Shown here one piece after another: positions 47,206 through 59,746 of a DNA stretch of 64,000 nt (position 1 is the first letter of the stretch; every line of letters starts with the position of its first letter). The DNA comes from Eledone cirrhosa. Lineage: Eukaryota. The position numbers were made by a program, and so were the translations under genes. Location of the stretch: NCBI GenBank assembly GCA_964016885.1, contig OZ024755.1, forward strand, positions 8,556,001 to 8,620,000, in the 5' to 3' direction. A model generated the notes under the pieces. That model searched no databases and was not told the DNA's origin. It worked only from the letters and a program-made list of their open reading frames with translations.

Positions 47206-48859
47206 CAAATAAATCATAATGAAAAGCAATTTAAGACTGAATCTATTCCACGTGATCCCTGTTTGTTGCTGAGCATGGTGAAATAGATTACATAGAGTTA
47301 GGTTGAGGTTTATACAGATTCATTGTAATAAAGTATAGTGTTAAAACAAAACATTATGGTACTATTAATTTTTGTAACGAACTAGATCTCAAATATATCT
47401 GCAAGTCGATCAACCTTTGTATAGAGTTAATTATGACATACAGACATAAAAGAAATATCAACATGGAACTGAATGTAGATCGACTGATGCCTCTATCTCT
47501 GTCCATCGAGGTTGTATAAAGAAAAAAGGGATTTTACATCTGTCTATACGTACAGATTAGGCCAAAATGTATAAATATAATTTGTAGTAAATTATATCAT
47601 TTATGTTTAAGTTACGAAGAAGTGGTGTAGTGTCTATGACGTTAGTATGTCTTAAAGAACTTGAGATCCATGCAAATTCTGTATTGTTTATGCTGTATGC
47701 AGGATAGCTCGGAGTATGAACAAAAACACTGAATGTATATTAGAGAAAAAAAACTTCGAATGCAGAGTTAAGACATAGCTGTTATAGGGACACATTTTCA
47801 ACCGTGTATACTGAAGCATCAGGAAATGTTCTATAACAGAAGGCAGGTCCTGGACCAATAATCGCACCAACGCCATTATGATCCTAGGTTTCACACCTTA
47901 ATAACTTGACAACTCGTCTTCAATTTGAATGTATATTGCAGTGTGTGAAATGTTTTACTCAATAAGAGAAAGTTGTGCAGGAAATGAACGTAGATTTTAG
48001 TGAAGGATGTATGCAACCATCTAGCTCAGAAAAGCAGGGATCATGGGAGAAGAATGAGAGATTAAAATAGCTTGAGAGAGGGTTAATATAGAAGATAAAT
48101 ATTTGGTAATCACCTGGATTCTAATATTTTGAGATGTGGATATGGATGTGGTTTGTGTATCATATTATTGTGATCTTACTATAGATTTTGAGTTGGCTTT
48201 GTAAAGGGCCAGATACTGATATGGAGGGAAATAACTTCTAGTCCAGAAGAGTAAGTATAATATTGCCACTGCAGTTGTGGCAATACCATATACAGTTTGA
48301 AGCGCTGAAATTCAGTAATTGTGAGTTATAGAATTTTTAATGACAACGGCTCTTATAAATATATATATATGTTATCCATGTTAGTAACTTTCACCTTGTT
48401 AATTTGCAAAGAGCAAATGTTTTCTTTATTACCAATTAGACTGGGACGTTTGAGAGTGAATGTTCTTGTCCAAGGATATAATGCAACATAGCAACATTGA
48501 TGACGTTATATCATTCAACTGGCTGTGTAATATCATATCGATCAAGTCACTACCATAACTACTACAGCATGAGATGAATCATTGCACAACAGCTATAATA
48601 TGCCTGACATACACAGATGTTAACACAGAGAGTAAAATAACTGTTCGGATATACGAGTACTTTAACTCTGGAATATCATTAGATTTCTTTACTTTTTCTT
48701 CTTCTGATTCGGTGAGCATTTTTAAATACTATTTATTTTATTGTAATTATTATTATTATTATTATTATTATTATGGCCTTTTAATGGGCTTTCTCCACAA
48801 ATGTCCCTCGGAAGTCTCCTCCCTATTGGGGAATTTTTCATTGTTATTTTTTTATTACA

Positions 48860-49138
48860 TCCTCTGTTTTTTGTTGGTTTTTTTTACACGCAGAAATGCC
48901 CATATGTACTGTCCTGTATTGTCCTGTACTGTCCTTAATGTCTACTTGATGTAAACCCTTGTGGTTAATAAAGAAAGCATTATTATTATTATTATTAATA
49001 TTATTATTATTATTATTATTATGTCACTCTGTTTTTGTTTTTTACACGCAGAAATGCCAAATTGCACCGTCCTGCATTGTCCTGTGTTGTCCTTAATGTT
49101 ATATTTTGTGTCAACCCTTGTGGTTAATGAAGAAAGCA

Positions 49139-49140
<2 letters not shown>
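48860..49140 (+). mobile_element. Two tandem retroposon 3' ends terminating in CCCTTGTGGTTAATAAAGAAAGC-(ATT)n
   Basis: Direct repeats 48865-48980 and 49025-49140; similar GTGGCTAATAAA ends at ~28303 and ~61496. Confidence 0.5.
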
Positions 49141-49180
<40 letters not shown>

Positions 49181-49182
<2 letters not shown>

Positions 49183-49445
49183 TTGCGCGTTATAACTGCA
49201 TTACCGAGCGCAGCTCTGTGTGCCTTGGGTATGTGCAGTGTGGTTTTTGTTCTGTTATATTGAAATCACTTTTCGTAATATGTGTGCAGTCCCTAGTAGT
49301 GTTATTTTTTCTATGTTGTATATAATTATGAGTCCTGGAGTTTTGTGTTATGTATCTGCCTGCGTGCTTTTTTATCATTCCCAGAGCACCTATTATTTTA
49401 GGTATTGTTTCTCTTTCAACATTCACATTCGGATTATTTCTATCT
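49181..49445 (-). mobile_element. R4/Dong-type (RLE-encoding) non-LTR retrotransposon 3' fragment
   Basis: Translates, with one frameshift, as ETIPKIIGALGMIKK..PGLIIIYNIEKITLLGTAHILRKVISI*, typical of the RLE C-terminus; followed by (AAT)n. Confidence 0.75.
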
Positions 49446-49468
49446 CTTATTATTATTGCCTGTTATAA

Positions 49469-49653
49469 GCGGTGGATTGGCAGTATCGGTAGAGGATCGG
49501 ACTCCATGCTTTGACGCATAGAGTTATGGCCCTTGTCCTTCTGAGTTCAAATCCCGCCGAGGTTAACTTTACCTTTCATCTTTACGGGGTCGATAACATA
49601 AAGTACCAGTAATGTACTGGTTAATTGCTGGCCTTATGCCAAAAGTAGAAACA
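49469..49653 (+). mobile_element. Full-length tRNA-derived SINE family A with 20-bp TSD
   Basis: A-box TGGCAGTATCGG at 49478; B-box GAGTTCAAATCC at 49543; TSD ATTATTATTGCCTGTTATAA at 49449-49468 and 49654-49673. Confidence 0.9.
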
Positions 49654-49674
49654 ATTATTATTGCCTGTTATAAT

Positions 49675-49880
49675 ATAATTGAGCATAGCTCTGTGTTTCT
49701 TGGATACGTGCCCTGTTGATTTTGTTGTTACAATTATATTCAGAGTAATCATCGTAATAGGGGTACAGTGTGTAGTAGGGCAATTATCTGTATGCCCTAT
49801 ATAAAGTGTGGTTTTTTTTAACATTCTCAAACTACCTATTATTATAGGGATTGTTGCTGTCTCCATCATCCATATTGGGA
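49675..49880 (-). mobile_element. Second, more decayed R4/Dong-type 3' fragment
   Basis: TIPIIIGSLRMLKK motif; similar to 49181-49445. Confidence 0.6.
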
Positions 49881-50257
49881 TTATTATTATTATTATTATT
49901 GTTGTTGTTGATGTTATAATTATTATTATATTGTGCCTTAATTAGAAACAATTATTATTATTATCATGAATTTTATATCTGTGTTATTGATATTATTAAA
50001 CTAGAAAATTTGTTCTAATGGATATCAAGCCCTTATCTGCAGCCTCTATCATCATCATCATCATCATTACTATTATAATTCAAAAACCATTATTATTATA
50101 GATATTATTTGTATTATTATTATAGTTATTGTTGTTGTTTTCCAGATGATAAGGGTTCATATATCAATGAACCAACAATCGATTTACAAGCGATTACGCT
50201 GTTGTATATAATTCATGATGGGCGAGTGAAAATGTGGGGTATTTTGACTCGACCCTC

Positions 50258-50365
50258 CCGTCGAGGTTAACTTTGCCTTTCATCCTTACTGGATCGATAA
50301 AATAAAGTACCAGTAATGCACTGGGTAAATGCTGGCCTTGTGCCAAAAAGTAGAAACAATTATTA
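50258..50365 (+). mobile_element. SINE family A, 3' part
   Basis: CGAGGTTAACTTTGCCTTTCATCC..GTACCAGTAATGCACTGGG. Confidence 0.75.
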
Positions 50366-51223
50366 GTGGGCACCAACACATGTATGGGGTGGCTTACCCT
50401 AAATAATTTTCACGTTTGATATTATATATTGTGTTAATTATTCTGTATATTTATACAGTTTTCATGTTTATCTAATTCCATCTGTCTATTATATATAGTC
50501 GTTTCCCTTAACCTCATTTTACATAACTATGTTTACACAGATCCATGTGTATTTAAACACATGTGTTTATCATTTTTAGTGTGTGCCATAGACAGACAAT
50601 TATGACTAAAAAAAGAAAGTATGGTTATATTTTTTTCTTATTCCTTTATCATAACAGTAACTATTTGAGTTCATGACAGTTGTTTAGGATATTCCTAGAT
50701 CTATAAATGTCGTTGATAATATTACCTTTGTATATACGATCACTGGATGAAATATGTATATCTGTTTTACTGGTTTCAGTCAATATCTGGCGGCCACACT
50801 GCAGCACTCTCTAGAAAATATTTAGTCAATTAACATGAGTATATTTTGTTTTAATATGTTGCAAGTCTGATTTATCTTCCATCGATCTGTTTAGTCGAGT
50901 CACTAGGCTAAGGTATATACATTATGAGGTCAAATCTTACCCAAGTTGATTTTTGCTTTCTTCCTTGTAAACCTAAGTACCAGTGAAATGTTTTGATCGA
51001 TCTATTTCATTCTACCCGTAGCTCCAATTTCAAATCCATGTCCAAAACAGTTATTTACCTATCAATAAATAAATATTATTGTGTATCTATATCCAATATA
51101 TTAGACCTTCACTCAATCACGTTTAATGTGTTAAGCAAATACATAAAACAAGAACACACACATATATTTATATAATCCATACATACATGCATACATACTT
51201 ATATATATAACAGCACACATTCC

Positions 51224-51261
<38 letters not shown>

Positions 51262-51316
51262 GGAATAGAATGAAACGAAATTTCATTTCTCACTCTTAAT
51301 ACGGCACTTACTTAAA

Positions 51317-51606
51317 TGTAAGTATGTATGTATGTATACGTACATACATATATGTATACAGACGTACAGTAGTATGTATATATATACATACATGCACACA
51401 TATATATATGCACGTATCGGTTTACCGAACATCTATTATGCGTAATCCTGGCTGTTTGTTTATTTACAAACGAACAAACCGAGCATTATAATAAATGTTC
51501 GGCAAACCGATACGTGCATATATATATATGTGTGCATGTATGTATATATATATACATACTACTGTACGTCTGTATACATATATGTATGTACGTATACATG
51601 CATACT

Positions 51607-51610
<4 letters not shown>
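51317..51610. repeat. Long inverted repeat (~120-bp arms, ~50-bp spacer)
   Basis: TGTAAGTATG..GCACGTATCGGTTTACCGAACAT mirrored by ATGTTCGGCAAACCGATACGTGC..CATACTTACA. Confidence 0.85.
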
Positions 51611-51650
<40 letters not shown>

Positions 51651-51653
<3 letters not shown>

Positions 51654-51751
51654 CGAAGGAAATGTGGTACGGAACCAGATGGACCATAACGCACCAAAGT
51701 ACTCAATACTTAGGGGAGTAGAGTGAGTAATAGGAACGGGTCCTACCCCTT

Positions 51752-51755
<4 letters not shown>
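51651..51755 (-). mobile_element. Family H1 copy with a 25-bp fold-back
   Basis: Reverse H1 tail plus TAGGAACGGGTCCTACCCCTTCCTA; TA arrays on both sides. Confidence 0.8.
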
Positions 51756-51798
<43 letters not shown>

Positions 51799-52799
51799 TA
51801 TATACATATACCTTCTATAAATATACGCTTACACAAATGTGCATTGTTCAAATTCTTCTAGTATTCTGTTTACCTTCTGTTTTTTTATTACATCTTTTCA
51901 ACTTCGAAATAATTGCTGAGAGTAGGTCCATTTACATTGGCCATTCTTGCAACATTCACCAAACTTTTAGCAAATCTACTGGGGTGGGTGGAAGCACTAA
52001 TGGAGATTTCATTAACAAATGCTGCAAATTCGCAGATGATTAAGGTGATGGATTAAATACCTCAGTACTTGTTACGGCTCACTGCGATCTTAGTTAAAAG
52101 TACTGATGTAGTTAATTGTGACTTTAAGCCGTTCAGATCTATAAATAAATAAAGAGTCCAGTGGATCTGGGAATAGGACAGGATGTTTATTGCATGTGAC
52201 TCGTGTCTGTGCAATCTGAGTTCAAATCCTGCCTCATTCTGCCAAGAGGTGCAACGACCATATATTATCTACAATAATTCCTTGATTCGACCTGAGAAGC
52301 GGTCACATTCCTTTTATTTTCTTTGTTCCCTTCGAGGCTCAATGAATGGCTTCCCGTTGTTTCCAGAAACACATATCTATGGCTCCTCAAACATCACATT
52401 CAAATATTGTTAGCGGGATTGATTGCTTGTTTATTATACATAAACACATCATATATTCCTTTCTATACACCTCTATTATTTATCTATTATTTATTCAATT
52501 AAAACGGCCGTATAGAGCTAGTAAGCCATGACAGACTAGGGGAAATATCGAATAATCCTTACAGTTGGTAATCAAAAGGAGCTAGTGAGAAAAGTAATTA
52601 AAACATTTTAAACGCGCTATGTTAGTGCTACTAATAATATATCAGATCCATGCATTTGGACCTTGCATAGAATAATCGCATCGTAATAAATAGGTTTCTG
52701 GATCTATATGACAATCTTTTAAGTTGGGAAAGTGCCTTATAAAGTGCCATATACCGGGGCCTCTGTTCGGCTTATACCTTCTGAGGGAAACTGGACGAA

Positions 52800-53005
52800 T
52801 GAACCTGTTTGGAAGTCTTTGGATAGATTGTATTTGTAATTCAAATGGTCAGCCTTGTCACACGTTGGGTAACCCTGAATTAACCTGAGATTTACGATAC
52901 TCGTACACGTGTCTGTTGCCGTGACACCTACTGACACGTTAATTTCATGAGCAAGTTGTTCCATTGATAGAAGGAATGGAACTCTCATTGTCGAAACCAA
53001 CAGAC
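52800..53005 (-). mobile_element. SINE family B, 3' part
   Basis: ACACGTGTCTGT..CACGTTAATTTCATGAGCAAGTTGTTCCATTGAT matches other family B fragments; strand uncertain. Confidence 0.4.
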
Positions 53006-54088
53006 TACGATTCCGTGTGTACTGTCAAACGCAGTAACAACAACGCCAGACGTGAGGTCAGAAGGAGTATTATTTACCATATCTATCTAATTATAGATTT
53101 ATTTCGTATGAATTATTAACAAATAATATCACATTTAGGGAATAAATAGCAGTCAGCAAATTGTGTCTCTTGCTTGTGAAATCATAATATATATATTTGA
53201 TATCAAATTATGCATATAAAATATGTATTATGAATATAAATGTATGAAATTATCGAAATGATTTCCTATATGTATAATAAACACACACACATACACATAT
53301 ATATATATATATATATATATAGCTAAATATACATATATATATATATATATAGGTGCACGTACGTGTGTGTGCACATACAACTCCCTATGCATATGGATAT
53401 ATGTATTTACATATGCACATATATCAATAAATATATAAATACATATACAGATGTACATCTGTGTGATAGTGTTTGTGTGGCGCTTGTCTAAAATTTAGAT
53501 TTTATAACTTATGTTGTTTTATTGCTATATAAACACAAACACAGATACATTCACACGTACATACACATAGATAATCAAAAACACACATCACATGAGAACA
53601 TTTCGTGTATAGCATTCATAAACCTTCACAATATTTATAACAAAATGATATACTATGTTTTAATAAGCAATAACCACAAGTTCTTATTCATAAAATTGAT
53701 ATATACGTATACAATACATTTGTTTTTCCCCCACAAACATACACACACGCACCACTCACCCGTGTGCAGATGTGTAAGCTTTCTCAATGTCCATATATGG
53801 CGAGAATCTCAGCTTAACAGGGGTCTACTTAATGTAATTTACATCTATATCGGAGTGTCTAATGTGGTCTGTATTAACCAATAAAACAGCCAGATGTGAC
53901 TTCATATCTAATCCAGACATTTTTTTTTTCATCGTGGACCTATAATATCTGTCTGTCACATCGATAATCTGTGTAACATCAAGTACTGGCAACATGCATC
54001 CACTGAATATATATTATTATATTCTACACCACTAATTGAAATATATACATATATAAATTTACTCTGGAGTTAACAGATCCAATTGTGG

Positions 54089-54173
54089 ACTTCGTTGAGT
54101 GCTCTACCCTGCATACTGAAGTGTTGCTGTTAAACTAACTGAGGTGGTGCTGTTAAGCTAACACATAATCCGA

Positions 54174-54227
<54 letters not shown>

Positions 54228-54289
54228 TCGGATTATGTGTTAGCTTAACAGCAACACTTCAGTATACAGGGTAGAGCACTCAACGAAGT
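54089..54289. repeat. Palindrome centred on a 40-bp (TA)n tract
   Basis: Arms 54089-54180 and 54221-54289; the left arm has an internal ~23-bp duplication. Confidence 0.9.
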
Positions 54290-54564
54290 AATAAGAACGA
54301 TATTTCCCGCTCTTCGTATGGATACTTACTTTTATATATATATATATCCATAGTACAGAGTACTCACAACCTCTAACTGGATTACCTAAAAGGATAACTT
54401 ATTATCCCATATATATATGGTTCGTTGATTATTCAACGAATTCAAGTTTACAATAAATTAGAAGCACTCGACAAATATTTATCTGGAGTATTTAATATTA
54501 TTCAAAATATTAAAAATCTTATGAGAGAATTTTTCATTTATTAATATTTCGAATAATATACATG

Positions 54565-54674
<110 letters not shown>

Positions 54675-55469
54675 CACACACAAAGAGGTGGGTATGAATG
54701 CGCAACGCTAGAGAAAAAGCAACAAAAAATGAACTGTGTAAACAATATACATACATGATATAGAAAAACAATATATGTAATAGAAAAAACCTATTGGGAA
54801 TAGTTATATGTCATCGTACCAAAATATTTCTTTCATACAATGTTCTCCCAATAGAGCCATTTCCTATAGCATATTTTACATAATTTACATACGTCGGATA
54901 AAATCACGTGAACATTCTTTAAATAGCGTTGATACAATAACATAAGAATCATTGAGTGGCGAAACGTATATTCCTAAAATATATGGTTTTAAATTAAACT
55001 ATATTCATGTATTGACAGAAAATAAATTCTTACAAATTTGCAAATCAAAATGGTGGGAATGTTTTTTACAGTTTTAAATACACAAATGTCGACATAAATA
55101 CTTGGAATTACACGCCTACGAGATATAGAAACAGAAAGAAGAGTAGAGGTGACTTTTTTTTCTCTCCCTCTCCCTCTCCCTCTCTCGCTCTCTCTCTCTC
55201 TCTCTCGCTATCTCTCTTTGTCTAGCCCCTTCTCTCCCTCTACTACCCACTCTCTCTCTCCATCTATCCCTCCCTCTCTCTCTCCTTCTATACCTCCTCT
55301 GTATAGTGGTTTCGTCACAGGTCTCATGAGCTAACCATTCCAGAGTCAGAATATATCCTACCTTCAGCTGACCAATGGTGAATCGTGTGGCACAATTAAA
55401 TAAAGTATGTACAAGATGATAATCTGATATTTCATTCATGAAGAAAAAAAAATAATAATGAGGGTCGTG

Positions 55470-55608
55470 GTCATTGAGTGAACTGGAGCAATGTGACGTA
55501 AAGTATCTTGCTCAAGGACACAACTTACCGCCCGGTACAGGAATTAAACTCATAATCTCACGTTTGTAATCATCCCAACACACCAAACACTTACCCACAA
55601 GCCCTCCC
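55470..55608 (-). mobile_element. SINE family B, 5' part
   Basis: GAGTGAACTGGAGCAA..TCTTGCTCAAGGACACAAC is the reverse complement of the 40345-40400 core. Confidence 0.7.
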
Positions 55609-55613
55609 ATATG

Positions 55614-55661
<48 letters not shown>

Positions 55662-55663
<2 letters not shown>

Positions 55664-55871
55664 GATAACAGATTAAAGTTTAATAAAAAATCGCTGCTTT
55701 CACCCTTAACGGGATCTTCTGAAACAAAGTCAATCTGTGAACGCCGAAGTGAATATTTCAAAAAACGTTGCAACCGGAGGAAGACAGGAAGACGATACTT
55801 TGCAACGTTTTTTGAAATATTCACTTCTTCGGCGTTCACAGATTGACTTCGTTAATTTCAGAAGATCCCGT
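55662..55871 (-). mobile_element. Family H3 with a long fold-back
   Basis: Tail joined to (TA)n; inverted arms 55709-55773 and 55800-55871. Confidence 0.8.
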
Positions 55872-55874
55872 ATA

Positions 55875-55976
55875 TTGCCTTTCATCCTTCCGGGGTCGAT
55901 AGAATAAAGTACCAGTAATGCACTGGGTAATTGCTGGCCTTGTGCCAAAAGTAGAAACAATTATTATTATTATTAT

Positions 55977-56030
<54 letters not shown>

Positions 56031-56145
56031 GAGTTCAAATCCCGCCGAGGTTGACTTTGCTTTCCATCCTTACGGGGTCGATAAAATAAAGTACCAGTAA
56101 TGCACTGGGTATTTGCTGGCCTCGTGCCTAAATTAGAAACAATTA
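55875..56145 (+). mobile_element. Two tandem SINE family A 3' parts separated by (ATT)n(TA)n
   Basis: 55875-55962 and 56028-56145 share GTACCAGTAATGCACTGGGTA. Confidence 0.8.
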
Positions 56146-56244
56146 TTATTATTATTATTATTACTATATATATATATATATGCATACACACACACTGTCA
56201 CACACACAAACACAAACACACGCGAACGCGCTCCCAAAACTTAC

Positions 56245-56448
56245 AAATACTTCTACATTCGAGTTGGAATGGCTCTGCCAGCGCGTCACCCTCCCCATCC
56301 TCCGTGCAAATGCCTTCTCTATTCTGTGCACCGGGGCAGCGGTGTCGGCCAGCGCGTGGGTCCCCATTTGCTCATAATAGTGAGACATGGGGAGAACAGA
56401 AGAGACGGAGGTAGTGACAGTGAGAGCTTGGTTCTTCTGTGTTCGGAT
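56245..56448 (-). CDS. Candidate coding exon of an unidentified gene (68 aa: IRTQKNQALT..HRIEKAFARRMGRVTRWQSHSNSNVEVF)
   Basis: GC/CpG-rich unique island; consensus donor GTAAGT at 56244-56239; CAG acceptor (weak pyrimidine tract); 204 nt with only one fully open frame. Confidence 0.4.
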
Positions 56449-56952
56449 CTGGTGTATATGTATATATTTCACAGACCCACACTCATGTATATGGAGAAGA
56501 TATCAGATGGATGATAATATTAGCTGAGATGCATTGTTCAGTTAAGAATAAAGGGGTTAGATCCTTCTATTTTCTTTCCTTCTATTTCAGTGATTCATTT
56601 CTCTCTCCCCACCATCACTACATAACTATATATAATTTAAAAAGCATTGCAGGATCAAATACTAAAAAAAAACATCTGTGTCAATTCTCAATAGGAGTTT
56701 AAAGTCTCAAGGGAAATATCAGAAATGTCATGTTGGTTTTTGTAGCTAAAGTCTTATATGAAATATTATTATTTAAAGCAGTGTTTCACAACAGGAGAAT
56801 CATGTAGCTCCCTTGGTAAATATTCTCAGTCTCAAGGGAGTAGCTTTGATTGCCGGCAGAACTATTTATTTATAGAAGATATCTCTTAATCTAATTTTTT
56901 GTAAATTTTCCTGATTCCGTTGCTAGATGCACATGCCTACACACACACACAC

Positions 56953-57050
<98 letters not shown>

Positions 57051-57759
57051 GTGTGTGTGTGTGTATGTATATTTATATATGTGTGTGTGTACAAAAGTGT
57101 TTGTCCGAGCTTTGGACCATTTGTTTGTGAAGTGAACTCTTTAAACACACGTGCAGTTGTCATTTCTATTTAATATATATATATATAACCCATCCATGGA
57201 TTGTATCCCTGAGCTTAAAGTATGAGCTTCATGGCTTCATACTAAATGTCATATGAAGGAATGTCTTTGGAAGAGACTACTGAGTCCCAGTATAATCGAG
57301 GGATTGTCTCTAGCAATCATTTACAAATCAATACTAAAAGCTAGAATCAGAATGAATAAGTCAAATGTGTAAATTTAATGAAAATACTTTAAATTTCTTT
57401 ATATACTACATTTCATGTGAAAGTGTATCTTGCAACAATAAGAATTTTCCAGCCCGTTTTGTTGCAGTAAACAACGACTTTGAGCTCACCATATATTCAC
57501 TTGCGTGTTGTATATTCAACGGTGGGTTATACCCTGTTGCCTATTGTTAGCAATTTTATTTATTTATTCATTTGCTGCTCTTTGTTTATTTTACATTGAT
57601 GTATTGCGTGAGTTTTACCATTGACTGCTCACTGTGTGGGATGTTGTTATGAGTTGAAAACTTTTCTACTTTGTTTCCTATGCCATACTAGTGTGTTACC
57701 TTACTGGTTTTATTGTGCACTTGTATCTGTATATGTACTGCTGCTCTGTCTGTCTGTCT

Positions 57760-57825
<66 letters not shown>

Positions 57826-58267
57826 CTCTCTCTCTCTCTCCCTCTCTGTATATATATATATATATATGGCGTATATATGTGTTTGTCTCTATATATTTCT
57901 CGTGTATGTGTGTATTAGATCTATATATATTTTATGTGCGTTTTCTTACTTGCGTAAACTGTGCATGTGTGTTTGTGCCTGCGTGTATTATATAACGAGC
58001 TGTATTTCGTGCTAAGTATGATGTATTTTGGTCCATTGAGTTGGTTCTTACTTGCAATCCTACTTTATATAGGACCATTAATACAACGCTATGTTTGCCT
58101 TACAAAGCGTTACTTCAGCTGCATGAAGGTGTGAAAGTTAAATTAACAGCTGGTTTAGCATGGAAGCCACACAATGCAAACAACCAGTCGTCGCTGACGC
58201 GAAAACACTGGAGTATTAGAATACGCTTTGATATATTTTTGCAATTCCTGTTCGAATCTACTACTAG

Positions 58268-58302
<35 letters not shown>

Positions 58303-58379
58303 TTACTACTACTACTCCTACTACTACTACTACTACTGCTAATAATAATAATAGTAATAATAATAATAATAATAATAAT

Positions 58380-58585
58380 GATTTCTAGTATAGGCACAAG
58401 GCCAGTAATTTTGGGGGAGGGGAAAGTCGATTAAATCGACCCCAGTGCGTGACTGGTGCTTTATTTTATCGACCCCGTAAGGATGAAAGGTAAAGTAATC
58501 TCGGCGGGATTTGAACTCAGACCATAAAGGGCCGTAACTCTTTGCTGCAAAGCATGGCCTCAGACCCTCTACCAATACTGCCAAT
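58380..58585 (-). mobile_element. Near-full SINE family A, long-tail variant
   Basis: GGCACAAGGCCAG..GTCGATTAAATCGACCCCAGT..GGCGGGATTTGAACTCAG. Confidence 0.85.
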
Positions 58586-58605
58586 ACTAATAATAACAAT
58601 AACAG

Positions 58606-58645
<40 letters not shown>

Positions 58646-58847
58646 GTTGCTGCTGCTGCTACTGCTACTCATACTACTACTAATAGTTATAATAGTAGAA
58701 ATATGTACCTGAAGGGCGAATGACAAAGCTAACTTACTTAGTCTAGGCCAGTGTGCAAAGGCAGGGAGATCAAAGCCAGTTAACCAGATATTGAAGTCAA
58801 AGACAACAAAGAAAATGAAAAGCAATCTAATTAATCTCCAAAGGAGA

Positions 58848-58879
<32 letters not shown>

Positions 58880-59204
58880 TATATATATTGAAATTAAGTG
58901 AGAAAAAAACTCTAATTAAGCATTATATATATATGTTGGTTGGATGCATCCATAGGCGGTATGCCGCGAACTCTTGATCAATCGACGGTCCACGCAAACC
59001 GGATGATGGCAGATGATAGAAATTCTAAGGGTCGGAGTCCAACGGAAAGAGGATTTGCTTTGAAATCACTAGACGTACCTGAGGAACTTGCGAATCCACA
59101 AACAGAACGCACCTCGAGCTGTTCGCTGGAGAAACAATTCTAATACATAATAAATTGTGTTCCGATGCATCACTGATTTTTCGTTTTCCGTATTATATAT
59201 ATTT

Positions 59205-59517
59205 ATATTTCGTTTCTGAATTTGTTTAGCAAGATTCTTTATCTGAAATCGTGTGAACACACAGAAACAAAATGGCGTAGGACAGAACAAAGGAGAGGCA
59301 CAGAAACAAAGAAAATAATCCCCAGTCACTGAAGAGGTCACAGAGTGTGTGACGAAAGGACTATGACTATATATAAACAACTATCTGGTTGTGGAACCAA
59401 CCAACCAACCAGAAATTTATAAATTTATAAATTCGTAAATTTATAAATATATAATAAATTGAAGTGAAGCAACTGGTGCATGTGTTTCTTATTGGCAACA
59501 TGACCCTCCCAAAGTAT

Positions 59518-59525
<8 letters not shown>
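59205..59525 (+). mobile_element. Family H2 copy with its 3'-terminal ~50 bp inverted at the 5' side
   Basis: 59205-59255 is in the same orientation as 20773-20820, while 59256-59525 is the reverse complement of 20830-21090. Confidence 0.8.
59324..59368 (+). ncRNA. Minimal type I hammerhead ribozyme
   Basis: Stem I AGTCA/TGACT; CTGAAGA; stem II GTCACA/TGTGAC; GAAAG-GA-CTA cleavage triplet. Confidence 0.85.
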
Positions 59526-59552
<27 letters not shown>

Positions 59553-59558
<6 letters not shown>

Positions 59559-59746
59559 GGTGCACGTTACTGCTGCATTAAGTGTGAGTGTGAACGAAAC
59601 TCGAGTCCGCGAACCCGTTTTACTTGTGTTGTATTGAAGCGAATAACTATGTGTATACTCTGGGAATGTATCCTACATTACCTATTGAGTACGCTGAGAT
59701 ACAACCTGTCCTGGCATTGATAAATATGCTGGGTCCGTCAACTCCT

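Noticed and set aside
49469-49560. tRNA gene (A and B boxes)
   Set aside because: No cloverleaf; it is the head of a multi-copy SINE with a TSD.
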